A stretch of 64,000 bases of DNA. Source: Alphaproteobacteria bacterium. Lineage in GTDB: Bacteria; Pseudomonadota; Alphaproteobacteria; UBA828. Below are positions 39,813 to 48,912 of this stretch, in pieces. Below the pieces are notes generated by a model, which saw nothing but the letters and a program-made list of their open reading frames with translations, did no database searches and was not told the DNA's origin. The stretch lies in contig OZ243972.1 in assembly GCA_965214705.1 (NCBI GenBank), forward strand, positions 3,456,001-3,520,000, written 5' to 3'. How positions within the stretch are numbered: the stretch's first letter is position 1; every line of letters starts with the position of its first letter. Both the position numbers and the translations under genes were made by a program.

Positions 39813-40220
39813 TATCGATCTCCCTGGATCGCGACGGCGCGCCGCCGGACCGATCCGGCGACGGTCCGTCGCAGGGGTCGATACTAACCACTGGTGATCG
39901 GGAGGCTGCTGGGGATCCGCCACCCGACGGGCGGAGCGCCACTGACGCAACCGGGAAGCGAACGCACAGAACAAACGGCACCCGCGACGCCTCGGAAATG
40001 AATGAACTCTACGCCGCTAACTCCGCGTAGCGGCTTCGTTCAACGGACCCTATAAGCCGAAAGGCGAAATGGGAAAGGATGCGCGGCGAGCAATCGGATA
40101 ACCGAATAGTACCTGAAGCCCGGCGAAAGCCGGGTGACCGCGCGAGCGGCGGCCGTGTGGGCCGGGGAAGGCGGTTGGCAGAGGTGGTCGGCGAGAGACA
40201 GCGATGAGTGAGTAAGGACC

Positions 40221-41531
40221 ATGACGCGGACAAGTTCCTTGAGCGAAAGACCCGGACATCATGGCCCGAGGAGACTCATCGACTGGATCAACCCGGCGGG
40301 TGACAGGAAGGTCCACTCACTGGTGGACAAGGTGTACAAGCGGAAGAACCTTGAGGTGGCCTGGGAAAAGGTGAAGCGCAACCGGGGTGCCGGTGGCGTG
40401 GACGGAGAGGATTTAGCGGCGTTCGAGGCATCGCTGGATGCAAATCTCGATCGCCTGCACCGGGAGTTGCGGGACGGTGAGTATCACCCGCAGCCGGTTC
40501 TCCAATGCCTGATCCCCAAGGCGGGCCAGCCGGGGAAGTTCCGCCCGCTCGGCATCCCGACAATCTACGACCGGGTGTGCCAGCAGGCGCTGCTGAACCG
40601 GCTGGAACCGATCTTCGAGCCGGTGTTCGACGATGCCAACTACGGGTACCGGCAAGGAAGGTCTGCCCATGGAGCGTTACGCAAGATATGGAGGGAACTG
40701 GACGAGGGCAACGAGTGGGTTCTCGATGCGGATTTGAAAGACTTTTTCGGGTCCGTGGACCACGAAAAGCTCCTCGAACTCGTCAACCAGCGAGTCTCGG
40801 ATGGCCGGGTATTAGGTCTGCTCAGGCAGATGCTCACGGCCGGGGTGGTGGCCGACGGTAAGAGGCTGCCGACCGAACAGGGCACTCCGCAGGGCGGCAT
40901 CGTTTCACCGCTGCTCAGCAATATCTTGCTGACCCCGTTCGATTGGGAAATGCGTCGTCGCGGCTATCGACTAACGCGATACGCCGATGATTGGCTGATC
41001 ACGTGCCGCACACGCGGGGAAGCCCGCGCAGCACTGGAGACGGCCAGGCGGATTCTGGCAAAGCTGGGTGTGTCCCTCAACGCCGGGAAGACCCGCATTG
41101 TCCATGTCAGGCACGGGTTTGAGTTCCTCGGCTACAAGATCAAGCAGGGCGAGCGGCCTCTCCGGCTGTCGTCCTCCAAGATCAAGAGCGGGGTTCGCGG
41201 GGGAGCGCGCTACGCGGTTCCGCGTGAGAAATCCATCCGGCACTTCAAGGACCAGATTCGCCAGCGTACCCGGCGCAAGGCTCCTGTCAGCACGCAGGAG
41301 CTGATTGACGAGATCAACCCGATCATTCGGGGATGGGGCCAATACTATTGCAAGGCCCACGTCCGCGGGCTCTTCCACCAGCTTGACGGCTGGATCGTGC
41401 GGCGGCTCTGGTCGCATCGTCGCAAGCGCTGGCGCAACGCTGGCTGGAAACAGTTGCCGGAGCGCAAGCTGATCGACGAATACGGGCTTGTTCGCCTGAT
41501 CTCACTGGTTCCGTCCTTGAACCTTCGTTGA
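40221..41531 (+). CDS. ltrA: group II intron reverse transcriptase/maturase without endonuclease domain
   Basis: GAGGVDG, RPLGIPTIYDR, GTPQGG..SPLL.NI, YADD, FLGY, GW..YY; stop just before domain V. Confidence 0.95.
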   Translation: MTRTSSLSERPGHHGPRRLIDWINPAGDRKVHSLVDKVYKRKNLEVAWEKVKRNRGAGGVDGEDLAAFEASLDANLDRLHRELRDGEYHPQPVLQCLIPKAGQPGKFRPLGIPTIYDRVCQQALLNRLEPIFEPVFDDANYGYRQGRSAHGALRKIWRELDEGNEWVLDADLKDFFGSVDHEKLLELVNQRVSDGRVLGLLRQMLTAGVVADGKRLPTEQGTPQGGIVSPLLSNILLTPFDWEMRRRGYRLTRYADDWLITCRTRGEARAALETARRILAKLGVSLNAGKTRIVHVRHGFEFLGYKIKQGERPLRLSSSKIKSGVRGGARYAVPREKSIRHFKDQIRQRTRRKAPVSTQELIDEINPIIRGWGQYYCKAHVRGLFHQLDGWIVRRLWSHRRKRWRNAGWKQLPERKLIDEYGLVRLISLVPSLNLR

Positions 41532-41807
41532 GACACCTTTGTGAAAGCGGCTTACGGGAAAACCGTACGGGCCGTTTGAGCGGCGGACGGAGGCTAGCCT
41601 CGCGGGGCGCCTCCTCCGACCCGACACCCAAATGCCCGGCGTAATGGCCGGGACAGCCGCCGGGGACGTCGGCCCCAGGCGGACGACCATGCGTATAAGG
41701 CCGGGCGACCGGACCGAAAGCGCCTCTGGTCGGGGGAAGGACGATGCCGCCAATAACGGCATTTGCAGTATGTGTAGAAGAGATTCTTCGACGGAAAGGC
41801 GCTGCTG

Positions 41808-43673
41808 ATGCAGGCCGCTACCATCCAGAGAAGGGTCGAATCACTGCCGACCTTGTCGCGGTCGGGCAAACGGATAAACGGCCTTCACCGCCTGTTGAGA
41901 TCGTCGTATCTCTTCGAGCGGGCCTACGACAGGGTCTCCCGCAACAAGGGAGCCCTGACGCCGGGAATCGACGGCGAGACCTTCGACGGCATGTCGCTGG
42001 AGAAGCTGGCCGACATCGCTCGGCGCGTGGCGGAAGGCAAGTACCGTTTCCGACCCGTCCGGCGGGTGTACATCCCGAAGGACAACGGCAAGACACGACC
42101 GCTGGGTATCCCCACGGTGGAGGACCGGCTCGTCCAAGAGGCGGTCAGGACCATCCTCGAAGCGATCTACGAACCTGTGTTCCTCGATGAGTCGCACGGG
42201 TTCCGCCCGGGGCGGTCCTGCCATAGCGCACTTAAGCGCATCAAGAAGACCTGGACGGGTTGCAAGTGGCTAATCGAAGTGGATGTGCGCGGGTTCTTCG
42301 ACAATATCGACCACGACATCCTGCTCGGGCTCCTGAGACAACGGATTGATGACGATAGGTTCATCGGTCTGATCGAAGGGATGCTCAAGGCGGGCTACAT
42401 GGAAGATTGGGTCTACGGACGCACGTACAGCGGCACACCACAGGGCGGGGTCGCCTCGCCTCTGCTCGCCAACATCTATCTCCATGAACTGGATCAGTTC
42501 ATGGAGACGATGAGAGCGGGCTTCGACAAAGGCCGCAAGCGACGCCCACTCCCGCGTTATGTGGCGCTGGAGTGGCGCGTTCGCCGCCTCCGCCGAAAGA
42601 TTGAGCGGCGCCGTGCCGAAGGCGCGGAGCAGGCCGAGATCGACGCCGCGCTGGCGAAGATCAAGGCCATCAACAAGGAGAGGCGGAAGGTGCCATCCGT
42701 CGATCCCATGGACCCCAACTTCAAAAGGCTCCGCTATTGCCGCTACGCCGACGACTTCCTGATCGGTGTCATTGGCAGCAAGCGGGAGGCGCGTGAGATC
42801 ATGACCTCCGTCGAACGTTTCCTGACGGAGATACTGAAGCTCACCGTCGCGCCTGAGAAAAGTGGTGTCCACGCCGCCTCAAAGGGGGTGACTTTCCTCG
42901 GTTACCGCGTCTCGGCTTACAAGTCCCGTGGGGCTGGGCGGAAATCCAGCCGCACGGGTCCCGGAGGAAGGACCTGGCATGTAGTACGCCGCCCGACCGC
43001 CGGCAATATGAGCTTGAGGGTGCCACGCAAGGAAGTCACGGCGTTCTGCCGGCGACACGGCTATGGCGATCTTGCCACAAAGAATGGCTGTCGCCGCCAG
43101 CAGTTCGTCCATTCCAGCGATCGAAATATCGTCCTCGCCTATAACTCGGAGTTCCGTGGCTTCGTGAACTACTACTCGTTTGCCGATGACGTCAAAAGCG
43201 CCCTGGGGCCGCTGGAGCTGGTTGTGCTCCGCAGCTTCGTAAAGACGCTGGCGATGCGACATCGGACGACGACCGCGAAGATTGCGAAGCGACTGAGGAA
43301 AGGCACGGATTACGAGGTTGCCTCGCGAATCCGTGGTGAAGTCCGTAGCCTGAAACTGTGGCGATTGAAGCATCTGACCCGAACCTTTTGGACGAGTCCG
43401 AACATCGACGACGTGACAAAAGGTGCGTGGTGGGTCAAAGGCCCGAACGATCTTGTTGACCGTCTCAACGCCCGTGAATGCGAGGCGTGTGGCGACACGA
43501 CCGGACCGTTCGTGATGCATCACCGCCGCGGTGCTCGGGACCGGCGGACCCAAACGTGGACGAACCGGAGCCTGCCGGCGGTGCAACGCAGAACGATTGT
43601 TCTGTGTCCAAGCTGCCGCCAGAACGTCGACTCCATCCGGCAGAAATCACATATGGAGAGCCGTGTGCATTGA
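41808..43673 (+). CDS. ltrA: group II intron reverse transcriptase/maturase with C-terminal Zn/HNH-like domain
   Basis: TPGIDG, RPLGIPT.EDR, SHGFR, GTPQGG, RYADD, domain X, CEACG...MHH...LCPSC. Confidence 0.95.
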   Translation: MQAATIQRRVESLPTLSRSGKRINGLHRLLRSSYLFERAYDRVSRNKGALTPGIDGETFDGMSLEKLADIARRVAEGKYRFRPVRRVYIPKDNGKTRPLGIPTVEDRLVQEAVRTILEAIYEPVFLDESHGFRPGRSCHSALKRIKKTWTGCKWLIEVDVRGFFDNIDHDILLGLLRQRIDDDRFIGLIEGMLKAGYMEDWVYGRTYSGTPQGGVASPLLANIYLHELDQFMETMRAGFDKGRKRRPLPRYVALEWRVRRLRRKIERRRAEGAEQAEIDAALAKIKAINKERRKVPSVDPMDPNFKRLRYCRYADDFLIGVIGSKREAREIMTSVERFLTEILKLTVAPEKSGVHAASKGVTFLGYRVSAYKSRGAGRKSSRTGPGGRTWHVVRRPTAGNMSLRVPRKEVTAFCRRHGYGDLATKNGCRRQQFVHSSDRNIVLAYNSEFRGFVNYYSFADDVKSALGPLELVVLRSFVKTLAMRHRTTTAKIAKRLRKGTDYEVASRIRGEVRSLKLWRLKHLTRTFWTSPNIDDVTKGAWWVKGPNDLVDRLNARECEACGDTTGPFVMHHRRGARDRRTQTWTNRSLPAVQRRTIVLCPSCRQNVDSIRQKSHMESRVH

Positions 43674-44131
43674 AAGGTGCATGCACGGTTCGGAGGGAGG
43701 CGCAGGAGTATCCTCTTTGGAGGTGCTCCGCGCCTACCCTATCGAAGACCGCGAAGCGGGCTTCGTGGAGCCGGGCGGGGCGAAGCCGCGCCCGGCGGAA
43801 TAGCGCCCGGCGACCGGTCCGAAGGACCGGGCGGGCGCCCTTACCTTTCTGCCGGACAGGCCGGCGATATCGAGTCGCCAACGATCCGGCACGGGAGCAG
43901 GCAACGCGCCCGAAGGGGCGAGGAGTCGTCGAGCAAGGCACCGGAGGATCGCTTGTTGGCGGCGTTCGATGCGATGTCGGAAGGAGGGAGGCCCGGGTGG
44001 GTGGCGCGAAGCGGGACACTGGGAACGTTGCAAAAAAGGCCGACCCGCGGCGATGCCGGGATCGGCCCCTGGTGTGTCGTGGGGAAGGTTGGCTGCTCCC
44101 GGCGGCCGCGAGGCCGCTGGAAGGCGGGCGA

Positions 44132-44371
44132 TCACGGGGCGCGGTCGCCGGCGCCGAAGACGATGTCGGGGCGGTTGGACCAGACGGCGGAGCGCTCGTC
44201 GCCGTCGGCGAGGTAAACGACGGTGATCTCCTCGGGGTGCTCGGCGACGCGCGCCCTGGCTTCTTCCCAAGCCGCGCGCTTCTCGTCGAACCCGGGTTCG
44301 GTCTCGAAGCGGTCGGTCCAGAGTATCGAGCCCGGGCCGACGAAGGTCGTCACGGTGTAGCGTTCGGTCAT
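44132..44371 (-). CDS. small acidic hypothetical protein (leading region)
   Basis: RBS gggag; ordinary globular composition, unlike the shadow frames. Confidence 0.6.
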   Translation of the reverse strand: MTERYTVTTFVGPGSILWTDRFETEPGFDEKRAAWEEARARVAEHPEEITVVYLADGDERSAVWSNRPDIVFGAGDRAP

Positions 44372-44474
44372 CGCGTGCTCCCTGCGATAGCGTTCGCCCT
44401 TCTCGAAGCCGATCTCTTCTCCATTGCGGGAACGGGGAGGGCCGCTTCCCCGGAAGGGAGGCGGCCCGATGAGG

Positions 44475-44804
44475 CTAGTCGGCGGCGAGCCGTTCCTCCG
44501 CCCACAGTGCGGCGCGGGCGAGGACGTGGCCGTGGCAGGGGAGCGGATCGCACCAGCATGCCAGGCGGCATCCGGCGAGCTGCGCGAGCTCCTCCAGTCC
44601 GAGATTCCCGGTGCGAACGCGATGCCAGAGATCGTCGCGGTAGAGGGCGATCACCGCGTCGCGGTCGCCGTCGACTCCCAGCCTGAACGGGTTTCCCCAT
44701 TCGGTCCGGCGGTCGATCAGGACGATGTCTTCGTGGATGGACGAGCGTTCGAGGATGGCGCGGATGCGGGGTTCGTTCCTGAGGTTCAGAACGGATTCGG
44801 TCAT
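44475..44804 (-). CDS. DUF4326-family protein
   Basis: IDR.TEWGNPF.....GDR..VI..Y and L.G..LACWC.PLPCHG.VL. Confidence 0.85.
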   Translation of the reverse strand: MTESVLNLRNEPRIRAILERSSIHEDIVLIDRRTEWGNPFRLGVDGDRDAVIALYRDDLWHRVRTGNLGLEELAQLAGCRLACWCDPLPCHGHVLARAALWAEERLAAD

Positions 44805-44928
44805 CGGCTTGCTCCTTCCCTGCCGGTTCGCCCTCGGGGAAGCTTTTCTCTCCTCGGGCGGGTCTGGGGTTCCGGGAGGCCGGCAAGAGAAAGGCCGGTC
44901 CCGCGCGCTGCGGAACCGGCCGGGAGGG

Positions 44929-45312
44929 TCAGGCGAAGAGGGGATCGGTGTCGGTGACGCTCTTCACGATGCGCTCGACCTGGTCCCAGCCGTCGAGCCC
45001 GTAGACGGTGGGGTGGTGGTCGAACTTGAGATCCAGGCCGCCGCAGGCGTGGCGGTCGACGTGGAAGACGCGTCCGATCACGTCGTCGCCGCGGAAGACC
45101 AGGGAGAGGGCGGGGTCGACGTCGCGGAAGCGGATGCGCTTGCGCGCGCGGTCGTACATGGCATCCCCGTACGCGTCGCCCTGTCCGAGCCAGTCGGCGG
45201 CGGTGAAGCCGTCGGCGTCGGTCGGGGTGGGCGTGTCCTGGCCGCACGAGGGGCACCAGATCGCGTTGTATTCCGGACCGCGATCGCCGCAGCCGCTGCA
45301 TTTCCATCCCAT
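44929..45312 (-). CDS. hypothetical protein with N-terminal Zn ribbon
   Basis: MGWKCSGCG...WCPSCG; RBS aaggag. Confidence 0.6.
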   Translation of the reverse strand: MGWKCSGCGDRGPEYNAIWCPSCGQDTPTPTDADGFTAADWLGQGDAYGDAMYDRARKRIRFRDVDPALSLVFRGDDVIGRVFHVDRHACGGLDLKFDHHPTVYGLDGWDQVERIVKSVTDTDPLFA

Positions 45313-45458
45313 CGGGAGTCTCCTTTCCACATGCGTTCACCCTCTCCGAAGCTGTTCTCCTCTCCCGCGGCGGCGCGGATCCGGGAAGAGCCGCAAAAAG
45401 GGGCCGATCCCTCGACGAAGCGAGGGACCGGCCCTGGCGGGCGGCAGGCGCGCCGGCC

Positions 45459-46478
45459 TCAGGCGGCGACGTGATGGACCGGGATGCCGAGCTGGCGGGC
45501 CTTGTCGACGAGGTTGCCGGTGATCCCGGAACCGGGGAACGCGATGACGCCCTTCGGGAGCAGGTTCAGCAGTTCGTCGTTGCGCCGGAACGGCGCGGCC
45601 TTGCCGTGCGCGTTCCAGTCCGGGCGGCAGACCACCTGGTCGACGCCGCGCGCGTCCGCCCAGCTCGCCGCGATCTTCTCGAAGCCGGGTCCGCCGCCGT
45701 GCAGCAGCACCATGTCGCCGTGCTTCTCGCGGGCGCGGTCGAGCGTGGACCACACCGCGTCCGCGTCGGCGACGTTCTTCCCGCCCGTGATGGCGACGAG
45801 CGTGCCGTCCGGCAGGTGAGCCTGGGTCTCGCGGTCCTTCCGTGCGCGCCGGAAGTCGCGGGCGTCGATGGCGGCCGAGGTGAGCCGGCGCGTCTGCGAG
45901 GTGTGCGATCCGTGCCGCGGGTGCCAGACCTGGCCGGTCTCGACGCGGTAGGCGTCCGAAGCGAAGTCGCGCATCTTCTCGAACGCGTCGCGGCGGCGGC
46001 CGAGGTCGTGGGCGCGGTCGGTGAGGTGCTCCAGCTCGAGGGCCTTCACCTCGGTGCCGTCCTGGGCGCGTTCGAGGTCGCGCATCTGCTGAACGATCCG
46101 GTCGACGGTGCGGTCGATCCGCTGGGCCTGGGCGTGCAGCATGTTCACGAAGCCCCACAGCAGGCTCTCGCGCTCGTCGGCGAGCTGCGTGCCGTCGGGG
46201 GCGACGCTCTGGATCAGGGTGTGCACGGTCTGCTCGATGCCGGCGATGGCCTCGTCCTCGTCCCAGACGAAGCGGTTGTCGATCTCGTCCGGGCCGGGGG
46301 TGGCGCCGTGCAGCGCCGCGTGGTCGCAGATGGCGGCGGTGGGCGAGCTGTAGTGCCGGGGCTCGCTGACGTCGACGTCGTAGGGGTCGATGCCGGGCAT
46401 GGTGTATCCGGCCTTCGCGAAGGCGTGGCTCATCGAGGTCTCGGTGGTCTCGATATTCTGGCTGCTGGTGTCGTTCAT
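45459..46478 (-). CDS. DUF2493 (YspA-related SLOG) protein, paralog of 25010-26689
   Basis: Strongly similar to the first two thirds of 25010-26689; RBS aaggag. Confidence 0.85.
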   Translation of the reverse strand: MNDTSSQNIETTETSMSHAFAKAGYTMPGIDPYDVDVSEPRHYSSPTAAICDHAALHGATPGPDEIDNRFVWDEDEAIAGIEQTVHTLIQSVAPDGTQLADERESLLWGFVNMLHAQAQRIDRTVDRIVQQMRDLERAQDGTEVKALELEHLTDRAHDLGRRRDAFEKMRDFASDAYRVETGQVWHPRHGSHTSQTRRLTSAAIDARDFRRARKDRETQAHLPDGTLVAITGGKNVADADAVWSTLDRAREKHGDMVLLHGGGPGFEKIAASWADARGVDQVVCRPDWNAHGKAAPFRRNDELLNLLPKGVIAFPGSGITGNLVDKARQLGIPVHHVAA

Positions 46479-46531
46479 GACGCTCTCCTTCCGTGTGGTG
46501 GGCGGGTTCTCTCTCTCCTCCCCCGCCCTGT

Positions 46532-47357
46532 TCACACCGACTCCTGCTCTTCTCTCACTCCCGCGAAGCGGACGAGGGGCGCGAGGCGTGCGGCGAACGC
46601 GGCGGAGCCGAGGGCGACGAGGTCGTCGTTGAAATCGGCGCCCTCGGGAACGAGGACATGGGCGGCGACGCGCGCGGATGCGCAGCGCCGGGCGAGGCGT
46701 TCCGCCGCGCGCTCGCCTTCCGGGTCGTTGTCGCGGGCGACGACGAGCTGCGTGACGCCGGGCGGCGGCGCGAACGCGCCGAGGCTGCCGGCCGACAGCG
46801 CGGCGGCGGCGACGGTATCCGGCAGCGCGGTCACGATGGAGAGCACCGTCTCGATGCCCTCGCCGACCAGCAGCGTGCCGGCGGCGGGCACGCCGAAACG
46901 GACGGCGAGGCCGTGGACGCGGCCGAGCGCCTTGCGCGGCCGCGTCACGGAGGCCTTTGCGGGGCGCCGGGGGTCGAGCCAGGTGCGATGGACGCCCGCG
47001 ATCGCGCCGTCGTCGCCGGTCACCGCGGCGACCAGCGCCGGCAGGCGGCGCGCGCCGTCTTCGTCGCGATGGAGGAGCGCGGGGTGGAAGCGGAGCGCGG
47101 GGAAGCGGCAGCGGTGGAGGGCGCGGGCCCGGAGATAGGCCTCGGCATGGGTGCCGTCGATGGCGCGGCAGCGCTGCCACAGGCGGCGCGCCGCCTCCGT
47201 GCGGTCATAGGAGTCGGAGCCGCCATCGGTGGCGGTCGCGGGCGGCAGCGAGAGGAAGGCGCGGGCCTCCACGAGGGCGGCGCGCAGCGAGCCCGCGCCG
47301 GAGGCGATGCGGACGAGGTCGAGCAGGTCGCCGTGCTCACCCGAGCTCGCGTCGGTC
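46532..47357 (-). pseudogene. Toprim primase-like protein, N-terminally truncated at element B
   Basis: TDA..GEHGDLLDL, GT.AE.YL..R, LRFHP, GVHRT.L, GEGIET.LS, A.DND..G..AA, DFNDDL; no start codon before the element end. Confidence 0.8.
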
Positions 47358-47688
47358 TTATGTGCAGTTGAACATAATGAATTGGCCTGTATCGGTCGTG
47401 CGCAGCAGGACCGATACAGGCATTGAGCTGAGCCGCGCTGCACGGCCGTAGTGCCGGGCTATGGGGAAAGTAACCGCTGGGTGGGAGCCGATTAGGCCGA
47501 AGCGGTGCAACCTGTTGGTGTCGCTGGCGGCGCCGGCACTCTGAATCTCCACTTATCAGGTTGCGACGCGGCTGTGCAGGGGCTCGCGACGATGTTTCGC
47601 CGCCGGGCAGCACGAAGCGGGCGCAGGAGCGGTCGCGGCGCGGCGGCCGGGGGGACTGTTGTCGGACCTTGTCGGTTCTGACGCATCG

Positions 47689-48909
47689 TCACGGCGGTCG
47701 GGTATTCGTCGCCCGCATGGCTGCTTGGGGCTGCGGCTCAAGAATGACGGTTTGCCGCAGCGTTGCCTCGCCGCACTGGCGGCACACGGTGATGTCGATC
47801 CCCGTCAGTCGCAGCATCATCTGCTGCGTCGTTTCCGGCTCCCGCGGTTCAGGGGCAGGCTGGCCGAGCAGGTCTCGGCAGCGGGCGAGCTTGCGAGCCC
47901 GGCAGCGATTGGCGAGCAAGCCGTAGTGGCGCAGGCGGGTGAAGCCGCGCGGGAGGACGTGCAGGAGGAAGCGGCGGATGAACTCGTCGACGTCGAGACG
48001 CATCACCTTGACCTTGTTGCCGTCAGCGTAGTCGCGCCAACGGAAGCGAACGTGCTCGCCGTCGAAGTCGACGAGGCGATGATTGGCGATGGCAGCCTTG
48101 TGGGTGTAGCGCCCGAGATAGGCCAGAACGTGCCCGGCGCCGGCGAACGGGGCCTTGGTGTAGACCACCCAGTCGTTCGACCGCAGCGCGGTCTTCAGAC
48201 ACTCGAACTCGCGGCTGTCGTCACCACCGCCGACGACCTTGAGCCGGAGTTCGCCGTCGCGGTGCGCGGCGCCGAGGAAGTCGAGATACTTGCCGCGGAA
48301 GACCTTCGAGAGCGCGACCGTGGGGAACAGGAAGCCCTTGCGCGCGGGAGTGAGCCAGCGCTCTCTGTCCGGGCTCAGACCGCCGTCGGTGACGATACAG
48401 TGGACATGGATGTGCTGTCCCAGATTCTGCCCCCAAGTGTGCAGCACCATGGTGATGCCGAGCTCGCCGCCGAGCCAGCGGGGATTGCGGCCGAACTCGA
48501 GCAGGGTCTGGGAGGCGGCCTTGAAGAGCAGCCTGTAGATGAGCGCGGCATTGCCCTGGGCCACGGGGTTGAGCTCGTGGGGCAGGGTGAACACGACATG
48601 CCAGTAGTCGATGTCGAGCAGATCGGCGCACTGACGCTCAACCCACCTGGTCTGCGAGAGGGTCTGGCACTTGGGGCAATGACGGTTCCGGCACGAGGCG
48701 TACTGGATCGTCACCGCCCCGCAGTGATCGCATTCTGCCTTGAACCCGCCGAGCACAGCGGTGCGGCAGTTCACCAGCGCGTCGACGACCCTCTGCTGCT
48801 GGGCCGAGAGCAGATGTGTCTCGCCATAGGCGTCGCCGCGCTCGCGCAGGATGTCCGCGACCTCCAGCGCCGGCCGTGTGGCTGGCGCCGCGTGGCCGAC
48901 ATGAGCCAC
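47689..48909 (-). CDS. IS91-family (Y2 HUH) transposase
   Basis: SCRNRHCPKCQ, HVVFTLP, HIHVH, YLGRY, HVLP.GF.RLRHYG. Confidence 0.95.
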   Translation of the reverse strand: MAHVGHAAPATRPALEVADILRERGDAYGETHLLSAQQQRVVDALVNCRTAVLGGFKAECDHCGAVTIQYASCRNRHCPKCQTLSQTRWVERQCADLLDIDYWHVVFTLPHELNPVAQGNAALIYRLLFKAASQTLLEFGRNPRWLGGELGITMVLHTWGQNLGQHIHVHCIVTDGGLSPDRERWLTPARKGFLFPTVALSKVFRGKYLDFLGAAHRDGELRLKVVGGGDDSREFECLKTALRSNDWVVYTKAPFAGAGHVLAYLGRYTHKAAIANHRLVDFDGEHVRFRWRDYADGNKVKVMRLDVDEFIRRFLLHVLPRGFTRLRHYGLLANRCRARKLARCRDLLGQPAPEPREPETTQQMMLRLTGIDITVCRQCGEATLRQTVILEPQPQAAMRATNTRPP

Positions 48910-48912
48910 CGG

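Larger units (their letters stand above)
37378..40043 (-). mobile_element. Integrase/Y2 element A, copy 2 (inside the inner intron)
   Basis: Near-identical to copy 1 with the same ends; no duplication (gggataa|cggacc). Confidence 0.9.
36936..41625 (+). mobile_element. Group II intron (inner), inserted in the outer intron
   Basis: 5' GTGTG; domain V AAGCGGCTTACGGGAAAACCGTACGGGCCGTTT; 3' end CCCGAC; removal restores gccgtcatagt-accc in the outer intron. Confidence 0.8.
36478..43742 (+). mobile_element. Group II intron (outer)
   Basis: 5' GTGCG at 36478; domain V GAGCCGTGTGCATTGAAAGGTGCATGCACGGTTC and domain VI ending CCCTAT at 43742; encodes the RT at 41808-43673. Confidence 0.85.

Noticed and set aside
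40221-43673. Two adjacent RTs as a retron, DGR or defence RT pair
   Set aside because: Each has maturase features and its own domain V/VI, so intron nesting explains the pair.
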